Below, piece after piece: positions 52,305-63,326 of a stretch of DNA of 64,000 bases; positions within the stretch are counted from its first letter, which is position 1; each line of letters starts with the position of its first letter. The stretch comes from Hydrolagus colliei (taxonomy: Eukaryota). Where the stretch lies: NCBI GenBank assembly GCA_035084275.1, contig CM068745.1:53072001-53136000 (forward strand), in the 5' to 3' direction. Below the pieces are notes generated by a model. The model did not search any database, was not told the DNA's origin, and worked only from the letters and a program-made list of their open reading frames with translations. The translations under genes were made by a program, and so were the position numbers.

Positions 52305-53156
52305 CCGTATATCTCCGCGTATAAGGCGCACCCGCGTATAAGGCGCACCCCCCGTTTTTGACCTTTTCTTGGTGAAAAAAAACGGAAGTATTTTCAATGA
52401 TATTGCCGACAGAAGGGAGGAGGGACAGGTAGGTAGGGAGAGAGAGAGGCAGGCAGCCAGGCAGCCAGGGAGGGAGAGAGGGAGGCAGGGAGAGAGAGAG
52501 GGAGAGAGGCAGGCCGGCAGCGTGGGAGAGAGAGAGAGGGAGAGAGGCAGGCCGGCAGCCCGGGAGAGAGAGAGGGAGAGAGGCAGGCCGGCAGCCTGGG
52601 AGAGAGAGAGGGAGAGAGGCAGGCCGGCAGCCTGGGAGAGAGAGAGGGAGAGAGGCAGGCCGGCACGCAGGCAGGGAGAGAGAGAGGGAGAGAGGCAGGC
52701 CGGCAGCCCGGGAGAGAGAGAGGGAGAGCGGCAGGCCGGCAGCCCAGGAGAGAGAGAGGGAGAGAGAGAGGGAGAGAGAGAGGGAGAGAGGCAGGCCGGC
52801 AGCCCGGGAGAGAGAGAGGGAGAGAGGCAGGCAGGGAGGGAGGGAGAGAGAGGCAGGCAGGGAGGGAGGGAGGGAGAGCGGCAGGGAGTGAGGCAGGCAG
52901 ACTGGGTTCGGCAGAAGGTAAGCACAGCACTGAAGTCCGCTGCTGCTGCCGCTGCCCGGGCGGCCGAGGCCGAAGCCCCGTCACCCGCTCCTCCCAACCC
53001 CCGCCGGACACTGACCAAACCCCGGCTGACAGCGCGCCGGCCGCCCCCCCTGTTTACTGTATTTCCGAGGCTCAAAATTGCTTGTATCTGCGTATAGGGA
53101 TCTTTCGAGATCTTCCGACCTGAAAAAAAGTGCGCCTTATACGCGGAGATATACGG
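52305..53156. mobile_element. Young non-autonomous Tc1/mariner-superfamily (Tc2/pogo-like) element
   Basis: Perfect 27-bp TIRs CCGTATATCTCCGCGTATAAGGCGCAC, TA at 52303-52304 and 53157-53158, and a subterminal direct repeat of the TIR motif. Confidence 0.92.
52430..52900 (+). repeat. GA-rich minisatellite, ~36-bp unit
   Basis: Unit gggagagagagagggagagaggcaggccggcagcc(c/t), with starts at 52562 and 52598. Confidence 0.95.
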
Positions 53157-53833
53157 TAACTGTATAAAATTGAACATAATCTCAAGACCAAATTAATCTC
53201 CAGTTTGTAATTTTTTTGGAAAACAAGTATCATTAAAGTTCTGAACGCGAATTATAAAGATTTGTTCTATCTGTATCAATTTGTAACTCATGTTAAATCT
53301 AAATTAATAGGCTTTTTGTAGCTGGAGCTCATGAGCAATTTAGTACTCATTAAAGACAAGCATACTGGATATACTGTTACTGCAGATTTAAGTCAAACTG
53401 CCACCCAGACACAATCTAAGCACTATACTTGAGGAAATAAATACTGACAAAGAGTACATTTAGTACTATATTCTCAAGGTATGAATCCATGTGGTTTGTG
53501 AGCATTCTACAATTGTACCCCTCTCCTGGAATTCTAAAATAATATTGATTAATAAATCAAACAGCAGAGATTAGCAGCCTGGTGGTAACAGTGGCAGAAT
53601 GTGCTCGATGGTCCACATAAGAGACACATTCTGTTGATTTACATTTTACCCAACCTTATTGACTTGGTTCCTGTTATATACCAGAATGCTCGATGTAACA
53701 AAGCAAAGACCATTTTGTCTGCTTATCCTCAGGTGAACTTTAGTCAAAAAGAGTAGTCCTCCCGATGTACTGCCCAAAAATCACTTTGTGATTGATAGTG
53801 GGACCATGCTTTTTTCTCTCCCACTTAGATATA

Positions 53834-54315
53834 CAGTAGAACCTCGGTTGGCGACCACCTCAGTGGCACGACCACCCCCCAAGGCGACCAGTCAGAGTCG
53901 GTCCCGAATATTTCCTTACTCATTTCCAGTTAAATGAGCCTCACTGACGAGACCACCCCGGTTCCCGGACCGCGGCCATTGATTTGGCCACCTCTTCCGA
54001 GTAATCCCCTCCCCCCTGGCCTCAAGTATCCCCACTCCCCGGCTCCGAGACACCTCCTCCGAGTATCCCCCTCCCCCCCGGCCTTGAGTATCCCCACTCC
54101 CCGGTCTCGAGTATCCTCCCTCCCTCGCCTGCCTCGTGTATTTCCTCCTCCCCCACTTCCCCAGCCCTTCCTCGGCCTCTCCGACTCTGCATGGACAGTA
54201 GCCAATAGTTTAATCTTCCATCCAGCAGAATCAACACCTCACTAACGCAACTTCCCCGCCAACGTGACCACCTGGTCGTGGTCCCGTGGGTGGTCGCGTT
54301 ACCGAGGTTCTACTG
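53834..54315. mobile_element. Tigger/pogo-like MITE with internal C-rich tandem repeat
   Basis: TIRs CAGTAGAACCTCGGT..CGACCACC / GGTGGTCGCGTTACCGAGGTTCTACTG with TA TSD. Internal gagtatccccwctccccggYct repeats. Confidence 0.9.
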
Positions 54316-54382
54316 TATGTATTAAAAAAGTCACTTTACTTGGAAACATTACTGTGAAGTGCTTTGAGATATTTTGATTTAC

Positions 54383-55167
54383 AAGAAATGAAGGGAGGCA
54401 ATATAGGCTAGATAGTACAATTTTAAATGGTGTAAAGGAACAGAGAGACCTGGGGATTTGTGTTAGTGACTCGTTGAAGGTGGCAGGACAGGTAGACAAG
54501 GCTGTTAAGAAGGCATATGGGATACTAGGCTTTATAAATAGGGGTATAGAGTACAAAAGTCAGGAAGTGCTGACTAACCTCTATAGGACTTTGGTGAGGC
54601 CTCAGCTGGAATACTGTGTTCAATTATGGTCACCACACTACAGAAAGGATGTGAAGGCATTGGAAAGGGTACAACGAAGATTTACTAGGATGGTGCCAGG
54701 ATTGAGGGACTTCAGCTATGAGGAGAGGCTAGATAGGCTAGGGTTATTCTCTCTGGAGCAGAGAAGATTGAGGAGAGACCTAATAGAGGTTTATAAGATC
54801 ATGAGGGGTTTCGACAGGGCAAATAGAGAAAAACTATTTCCACTCGTGGGTGAATCTGTGACTCGTGGTCACAGATTTAAAATAGTTTCAAGGCGAAGTA
54901 GAGGGGAGCTGAGGAGAAATTTTTTCACTCAGCGAGTTGTTCGAATCTGGAATGCATTGCCTGAAAAGGTGGTGGAGGCTGATTCGATAACAACTTTTAA
55001 AAGGGAATTAGATCTTTATTTAGGGAGAACGGGTCTATTAGGCTATGGGGAGCGGGCAGGGCAGTGGGATTGAATCGCTCTTTTCAAAGAGCAGGCACAG
55101 ACTAGATGGGCCGAATGGCCTCCTTTTGTGCCGTAAAATTCTATGATTCTATGATTCTATGATTCTA
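54383..55167 (+). mobile_element. CR1 LINE 3' fragment with open ORF2 C-terminus
   Basis: 199-aa open frame (LYRTLVRPQLEYCVQLWSPHYRKD..LERVQRRFTRM) followed by a repeated ATTCTATG tail. Confidence 0.95.
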
Positions 55168-57297
55168 AGTTGCTATAAAATGCAAAATACTTCTTTCAGG
55201 AGCACATCCCATGTAAATCACCACACCTGTGAGCCACATCAATGTCCATGTCATCTCAGAAATTAAGTAATACAGTACAAGTCTGAACTCCGGAGGCAGG
55301 GAAGGGATATTAAAACAATGCAATGGAAGGACAGGCGTTTTTTTTTAAATGAATGTGTAAGACATTCTTTATGAAGTGTTAGATAACAAGGTGTCCCATT
55401 TAAAATGAAAGTAACTATCGTGAAGGATTTTTTAAAAAAGTCAGTATTCATCGGGATGGACAGCTGTTATCATTTGAAGAGCATTATAATCTATCAGGAT
55501 GACATGTGGAGTGGCAAGTGCCACGCTCAGCACTACTTGTTTTCAGAGGTGAGCCAAGCGCTGACTCACTATAAAAGGTTATGACAGTGGTTTCCTGCCC
55601 TCCCACTGTTTTTCTTTACAGCTCAATGACTTATTGAAGACAAATTCACATTTAATGTGATGTCTTATTATAATCCCCCTGAATATTCAGAAGTATGTCC
55701 AGCAAGATATCTAGAATGTAGAATTTACCAGTTGGATTGAGTTTTTTACATACATCTATATTTTATGAGTAACTTTAAATTATTAAAATGATAATCTTAT
55801 AAAGAAAATAAACTGCAAATTCCATTTGTTGTTCTGCAAACTATTTTAAAATATGGGATGAACGCCGCATCTTGTGACACATCTTGTTCACAACACATTG
55901 CTGAAAAGAGCTAATTGACACCCAGTACTCTCAGTCAATAGTGAAAGAAATGGACTAATCTGTGGATGTGAGCTCCCCCAAAGGCTCTGACTCAGTGACT
56001 GGATCTGATGCCAGCCCTCCACCTCCATTTATGTTTGCCATCCTGATTAGGATTGTGTCATTGGACTGCTGTTTGATGGAATTGACCATCTTAATTCCAC
56101 AACAAACAAAATCAGAGTTATACTGTTATCTCTCTAATTATAAATTAATCCTCCCAATGTGAAAGGTGCTATACAAATTTAATTTTATTTGGGCCGACAA
56201 CTTTCACTCCAATATCTTTCATAGTAATGACTGTTTTTTGCGTCAAGCTAATATGGGAAGGTAGGGTAGTGGCTGCTAGCACAGGTGATTGGAAAACGTG
56301 AGTCCTACGCAGAAGTTGATGATGTTGAGGCCCAATGTAACATGAATATGAGTGGGTTCCAATAGCTATTTTGTAGCCACAAGGTGTGCTGATGAAGAGA
56401 AGGGAATTGTTGAAGGAAAGGACAATTGACACCATCTAGTTCACCCATGCTTGAATTTTATAAACTGTAAGATATAAAATAGTGCCTTGGGACGTCCTCC
56501 TGACATGATAGGCGCTCTATAAATGTAATTTTGTTTGTTGTTCTTGCAAGATTCTGTCTCAGATTAGTCACCTACTTAGTCTCACAAGAGGATGGAAGTT
56601 GATCACATCTCAATCAGCAATTTTCATCCAGAGGGTTTAATGTTTGGTTCGACTGATTTTTTTTCACATATATGAAAACCCACCACCATACTTAAGAATA
56701 TCCAGGCCAGACTGAGAGTGCCACAAATGTATGCCATCTATGCATTGAAATATCTCTGTGTCTAGAATTGAATGCTCACTGACCTTAGTGAGCATTCTCG
56801 CACATCTCGCGTCCCTAATTCTAGATCTCTTTCAACTTCCCCTGCTTGTCTTGTCTGTGCAGCAAAACAGGGAGTGATGTTGGTGGTGACGTATGATCCA
56901 GAAATGAGCAATTTGTATGCCTGTAGGTTGGCTCAGTTATAGGAAGCGAGTGGTATGGCTGTATATATATGCACATGTCTGTACTATAAGCCTGCTATAA
57001 CCAGATTTCTGTTGTAAGTAATTGTTTTATAATAGGGCTGCACTGTATAAGGTGGCCTAAAAGTTCTTCTCCAGGTGTAACTTGCAGAGTGGGAACATAG
57101 TATACTTGATTTTCAGGATGACATATCACAACATAGTCAAGAAAACCATGAAGCCAAAATGAATATTTAAGTTGAACTTTTAATATTCAATGTTGAACAT
57201 CCACTTTAAACTTTATTACACACTACAAATTACAACGGAAAATACTGCACAAATGTTTTACAGACATTGTTAGAATGACCCGTTTGTTTTCTTTCAG

Positions 57298-57470
57298 GAC
57301 TCGAGCTTCCTTTCATGATGATGCCCCATCCACTTATCCCTGTCAGCCTACCTCCGGCGTCGGTCACCATGGCAATGAGTCAGATGAACCATCTTAGTAC
57401 TATTGCTAATATGGCAGCTGCAGCTCAAGTACAGAATCCTCCCTCCAGAATGGAAACTTCAGTTATCAAG
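57298..57470 (+). CDS. DACH1: Internal coding exon of Dachshund homolog 1 (173 bp, phase-1 start, phase-0 end)
   Basis: Acceptor tttgttttctttcag|GA and donor AAG|gtaaat. Translates as (G)LELPFMMMPHPLIPVSLPPASVTMAMSQMNHLSTIANMAAAAQVQNPPSRMETSVIK. As I recall the vertebrate paralogues, this is near-identical to DACH1 (ELPF, PLIP, VTMAMSQMNHLST) rather than DACH2 (DLPF, PLLP, VAMAMNQMNHLNT). Confidence 0.93.
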
Positions 57471-59294
57471 GTAAATACTTAGCAGTCAGGACCGCACCAC
57501 ATCAAAGCCTGACACTGCTTTCCTGTCTCTGTCCTGGAAAGTGTACAGTGGTCTGCTCTGGCCCTGGTCACGGCAGTGGCCAGATTATGAGGCCTGCTTG
57601 TTACTGATACATGCTTTTTGTTCATCAAATTTCTCTTCCTCTTCTCATTGGCATATTCTATTGACATTTTTATTTATTTTTCTGAAGTGCACTTTCACGG
57701 ATGCCTGGTGGCATCAAGTACCTACCCAAGTCCCCAACGTGCATGTTTAGGCACATAGTGAGTGTGTTACCAGGCTATTGAAATCTGAGCAACATTATAG
57801 CCTGATGCTGTCACCTTCCAGTGAGGGGGCCCCAGGCAGGTGGGGAAGGGTCACTCAATAGTAATCCTCAGCATGAACCATTCCTAAACCAGGGGCACTG
57901 AGATAATTACAGTGCCTCAAAATAATTTAAATAACCTTGTTGTAAATGTTATGGTTGAGTTAATATTTAGCAGATTCTGCATTGATCTAGAAGTAAACTT
58001 GATTTTTCATATAAAAGAAAATAGGAATTTCTGGTTTGCAAGCCAGCAATTAGTAAATGTGTACAAGGTGTTCTGACAACAATGGATTTCCTACATAATG
58101 CTATCATACATTTGATTGAATAACTTGAAGATAACCTGTAGCATGAATCACAGCATTCACATGCACTGCCTAGGTCAAATTCCTTAAGATAAATTATATT
58201 GTCATATGCCAGCTGTCATCCATATCTCTGCTAGCCTCTTGTCATCACACCACTGGAATAAATTTCCATAGTTTTAGTACATTGGGAATGAAAGGAATCT
58301 AACTCAACACAGTAAACATGATTTTCTTGCTATAAATCTGTCACATTGTGAATTTGTATGTGTGCGTGTGTGCACATGCACACATACAATGCATGTCATG
58401 CAGTTTTATTTGCTGTGTGTGTGTTGTGTGTGTGTGTGTATATGAGAGAGAGATGCAAATTCTGATGCACATTCTGTGGTGTGTGTATTGGGAATCTTGC
58501 ATGTGCTTGTTTATGGTAGGAGGAGTTTGTGCATATGTGTAGATACTGCATGTACCTTTGTACGGGTATGTGATGGGAATCCAGGGTGTGGGACTGATGA
58601 GAAATATGAATATGGAGCACAACGGATTGTGTAGATACACAATGAGTCTGTTTCATTTGCAAATAAGACTGCATGACATGCACAAGTTTGTCATTTGTGA
58701 TTTATTAGAACAAACTGTAACTCACTGTAGAGATATAATTTGATGATCTTTCTGGGAAACACAAACATTCCATGGGGTGGGAGGGTTGGTTTAAAGCATA
58801 TTTATTGTGTGGTTTTCTGGCTTCACTTCAAATAAACAGATTAGCCCCTTTGGCTTGAAATAGCACTAAATAGATTATTAGTATCGCTTTACAGTTTGCA
58901 GGATGCTGGGGCATATTATATCCGCAATGCACCAAATGATAAATTCCTCTTTCTAATTGTGTGTATGTGTTGTGTATGTGTGTAAAATCAGAGCATGAAT
59001 TAGCCCACTATATCTTTGTGTTGGAGGAGTGATAAAGGCCTGGAAACCAGATTGCTTCCCAATCCTCAAAGGCAATGGGGCAGTGCCTGAGGAGATAAAA
59101 ACAACACAACCCATCAAGGGGAGAAATAAATGTGTACATGCAATTTATGCACGTCCAAGCACAAAAAGACCAACAACAAGTTGCATTATATTGCACACTT
59201 CACGAAGGATAATGACTTGGATCACTGCATAGTACATGTGCTTTGGTGGCAAAGTAGCACAGTATGCTTTATGACACCGATACTGTTAGAAGTA

Positions 59295-59492
59295 CAGTAA
59301 AAACCCTTGGGACCTGGCCAATGCCGGTTAAAGCGCATGCCAGATATTTGGCCGAAAACACATTTAAAAAAAAAAAATTTAAATGCATTTTTCCGGATAA
59401 GTTCCGGCTAATCGAATGCGGACTTTTTATTTGAGATACCGGTTATACGGAAGTTACGGTTGATCGGGTGCTGGAGAAACAGGATTTTACTG
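59295..59492. mobile_element. Tigger-type MITE, CAGTAAAAGCCC family, copy D
   Basis: ta-cagtaaaa...ttttactg-ta. Body closely matches 20195-20395, with a small deletion in the left TIR. Confidence 0.85.
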
Positions 59493-60029
59493 TACTCGGT
59501 TTCTCACAAGGTTCACTGATTGCCTGCACTTCTCCCACACCTTGCATTTTCTTTACATATCTTGCTTCACAAAATCTCAGTGTTGATCTGACAGTATTTA
59601 TTTACAGCAAATTTCCGGAATGAGTGAGTGGTATTGATTTTTCAAAGTTGATGTGATCTGCAAACAATAACTTTGTGTACAATGCTCAAGGGACCATTAT
59701 CTAGCTCTGTTTTTAATGTAATTTATTTGACTTTCAATGAGATAATGGTGATACATTTAGTTCATTTTGACAATACGGACAGATGATTTCACATGCTAAG
59801 CCTAAATTGTCAGTGCTCTAAATATACTATATTTTGAACACCTAAAGAAGATGAAAACAATGACATGAGTTGTGCAGTATTTAAAACTCATTCCAAAAAT
59901 ACATGCAATAGAATGGATTATGGTTCATGACATTTTATAACATAACATTTCCCAGTAATCAACTAAAGTACTTTCCTATTGTATTTCTTTATCATTCATC
60001 CTTAAGTGTGGAGAAAAGGCGAGTAAATG

Positions 60030-60112
60030 GAGTTGGAGTACATATCAGCCAATTTTATAGAATGGTGAAACAGAATTGAGGAGCTGAATGGCCTATTCCT
60101 GTTCCTATGTTC
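60030..60112 (+). mobile_element. Old CR1 3' UTR stub
   Basis: atcagcca...gaatggtgaaacag..ttgaggagctgaatggcctattcctgttcctatgttc. Confidence 0.65.
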
Positions 60113-61584
60113 AATGTGGGCATTATCACACATTCATAATAATACAAAGTCTTATAATGTTGTTAACACATCTCAAAGCGCTTCACAAGATATACTGTAC
60201 AGTGGATTCACTGTGTATTTTGTGGGCGAAACTAAGTACAGTACCAAGAAATAAAGTACATATACTGGCACCAAAGATCGATAGATGAAGAAAGAGACCC
60301 ATAACTATCTATCCTAAAAACAGTTTAAATAGAAGAGAAAAAGTTTATATTACTTGCAACCCTCTACCACCATCACAAATATTGTTGTTTTAATGTGGCC
60401 TCTGTATATTTACATGTAATTTCACTGCATATATGGAAACATATTTGTGTGAATCAGATTTACACCACATCCTCTAAACTCAAGATATTTCAACATAAAA
60501 ATACTTAAGTTAACATTCTGCTGTAGTATTCATAAAATGTTTGAAGTGTTACCATGTATACACCCACTGAACGTTTGAAGAGTAATCCTACCCTGTGTGT
60601 GTGCTTTTATCCCAGAAAACGTTTACGATTAGATTAAATTGTTTCTACCTTTTCTTTCCATCATAACTTTTGTATTCAAGATAAAGCACATTTCTGAAAT
60701 TCTGATCTTTCAACAATGCACGCTATCAGACAGCATACATGGCATTGTTTTTTTTATTTTTAGACATTGTGTTTTAAAGCTGACTTCACTATCATTTTAT
60801 TGTGAAATGCTGTAGAAGCACCTTTGCTTTTGAAAGCTCCAGAGAGTGCTGTCATCCTTGTCTAAGTAAGATACACAGAAGATGTCATTCTGTCTGTGGG
60901 AATGTGTAGATATACAAGATGACTGGAAGTTGCTGAATTACAGAAAGGCAGCTACAAGCTGGCATGGCAGACTGTGGCAGCTACAAATTGCAGCGAATGT
61001 GACAGCTGTGACCTGGATGTGGCTTAAGCACGAGGTGTCTTTCATCACCTGTCCGCAGTGTCCCGGTGCTCAGCCTTGTTAACGATGTGCCAGAGTTAGA
61101 TATCTGCTTCTGGTTAAGCAAGGATCGTGCTCTTTTGGGGCATGTCAGTGGGACAATAGGGCTTTAATGTAAAGAACCTGTTTCCAATTGACAGTTTGGA
61201 CCGGACTGTAAGGACTTCATCTGAACCATTGAAATCTACAGCTTGTTCCTTTAACTCATGAATTAATTATTATCCCTTTGTTTTAAATAACAGAGGCTGT
61301 AATGTCATTCACCATCATTACCTATATTCAGTAAGGAATTTCTGCAAAATTATTCAACAGTATACTACTTGGTAACTCATTTAATAAAAAGTCAGAAGAT
61401 AAGGTCACAACAGATGGAAATATGTCAAAGATGATTCTTTATCAATGAGGGTACTTTAGTTGTTAACTATTATCCTCTTTCAGTTGTGATCTCCCATTTC
61501 AAAGAAAAGCCCCCTGAACAACTACAAGGATGTGCAAGAGATGGTTTGGGGAATGCTAGCCAGTTTCATTCGGCTCACCCGCCT

Positions 61585-61606
61585 CCCCCCCCCCCCCCCC
61601 CCCCCC
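61585..61606 (+). repeat. Poly(C)22
   Basis: Directly visible homopolymer. Confidence 0.95.
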
Positions 61607-62837
61607 ACCCCTTCCATTATAGAGCTGACATGTCTTTGTGCCCTTTAGAGGGTTCCTGATGAGATCTGAAACTTTTTGACATGAGAGAATTACACCTGTG
61701 CCCTTAAATTGTGTAGTATAGGATGGTAGTGGTGTTCTGATAGACTGTCCTATCATATTCTCCTTATTTGTAAATCATGCCGAGTGAATCCAGTTCTCTG
61801 TTTAAGTTTCTGCCATTGCAATATTATTTATTGTATGCTTAAATCTCTGAGAATTGTTATTCCAATAGCACTATCAAAACCGTTAATCTGTGCTACTTGA
61901 CAAATTTTTTGGTAAGAAATATTGAATTGTCAGATTTCCAAATATTCAATGTAAATTCTTCAGCATCGACGTTTTTTTTCCGAAATTTGATAATTACACA
62001 TTTCCTATTAAGAAGTACAGTCAAACCTGATTCAGCAAACACCTGCTATCAACAACCAGCCTGCAACAGTCCCGACCGATTTTCCATGATTGACTACCTC
62101 TTTTCATCATTAATGCAACCATTGGCCATTCTTTTCACAGCCTGTTGGTGTATGGACACCCTTTTCAGTGGCCAGTTCTAAGTGAATTTAAGTGTACTTA
62201 TGCATTACCAATTTCTGCAAGCCACTTGCAGTTTCCCGCACGGCTTCGAGCGCATTTAACAATACCACACTGGGCACTGAGTATGTGACGCCTACAGCTT
62301 TGTGCCTCATCAGTGAGGCGGCGTTATTAAGTGTGCTAGGAGTCTAGTGGGAATCTACACTCGGGTCCATGGAAACATTTGCCATGCGGAATTCTTTTTC
62401 CAAAATTCAAGTTGGGTCATTGAACCTTCATTATGCAGAAGCTACCCTTATTTATATAAAGGCCACTTTGATCCAATCCCCTGAGTGGTTCCTGGAAACA
62501 TGTTTGAATGGACTGTGTCAGAAATTGAACTCCCAATTATTGAATATTACCAAGACGTGTTTTTATTAAAAAGTGATAAATGCTTGCTTGGCTGAAATCC
62601 ACAAACTCAGTATAGATCAGCATTAAAAAGTATTACTTCCAGATCTGCAAGATTTAGTTTCACCCTTGGCTGTGACTTTACAAACCGAGCTGTCGGTGAA
62701 TGCCACATGTCTATTTAATTGAATTACTTTTTCACCCCAAATTATATGTGAGAGTGAAATATATAATGTTGGAGGAGTAAATAGGAAGCCATGGAGCCAG
62801 AGAAGGTAGTTCCTTGTACATTATTAATTGGCAGACA

Positions 62838-62968
62838 TTAAAAGAAAGAAAAACTGTGAATGCTGGAAATGTGATATGAGAAAGTACTGAAATACACATC
62901 AGGTCAGTCAGTGTCTGAAGGAGATAAATGGGTTAACATTTGCATCTGACTCTCCAACAGAACTGGAG
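62838..62968 (-). mobile_element. Degenerate Penelope-like terminal-repeat remnant
   Basis: aaaaactgtgaatgctggaaat...caggtcagtcagtgtctg..gagat..gttaacatttg is a reverse homologue of 3040-3160. Confidence 0.45.
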
Positions 62969-63164
62969 TGCAGAACATGATTTATGTGAAGCCTTAACTT
63001 ATATTCTTGTCAGATCGGGGTTAATATTTCATATGTTGGAAGTAGGGGAAATGGGGAGGATATGGGTACATATTCTGTTTTTATTACAGTGACATTTTAA
63101 CATTATTATACTTTCATGGTGCAACCAGCAGATCATTATACTGTACTGCATGTAACATAGAATA

Positions 63165-63326
63165 CAGTGAAATCCACTTATATGCAAGTTCCTACAGCAG
63201 AACCAAATATTTTCTGAGTGCTCATTTATTAATCACTGCTACAGCCATTTCTATTATGAACAAGTCTGCTTATTAATAGTTTTTTTTGTTTCATCCCAAT
63301 TTATTGCAGATAATAGGATTCCACTG
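63165..63326. mobile_element. Short old Tigger-like MITE
   Basis: TIRs cagtgaaatccacttatatgcaa / ttgcagataataggattccactg, with TA on both flanks. Confidence 0.75.

Larger units (their letters stand above)
1..57297 (+). other. DACH1: Large DACH1 intron upstream of the exon (5' end outside the window)
   Basis: No other DACH1-like coding segment recognised. The sequence is repeat-rich and ends at a canonical acceptor. Confidence 0.75.

Noticed and set aside
52302-53177. Long ORFs (291, 242 and 205 aa) with RERE/SLSP repeats
   Set aside because: They are translations of the GA minisatellite inside a TIR element. Frames are open on both strands because the repeat lacks stop codons.
53930-54245. 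Pro-rich and Gly-rich ORFs
   Set aside because: They derive from the C-rich internal tandem repeat of the MITE.
54474-55073. 199-aa ORF as an active reverse transcriptase system
   Set aside because: Only the post-RT C-terminal part of CR1 ORF2 is present, and the RT-bearing copy at 45711-47305 is frameshifted.
58341-58743. Cys/Val-rich and His/Thr-rich ORFs
   Set aside because: Artefacts of TG/CA low-complexity sequence.
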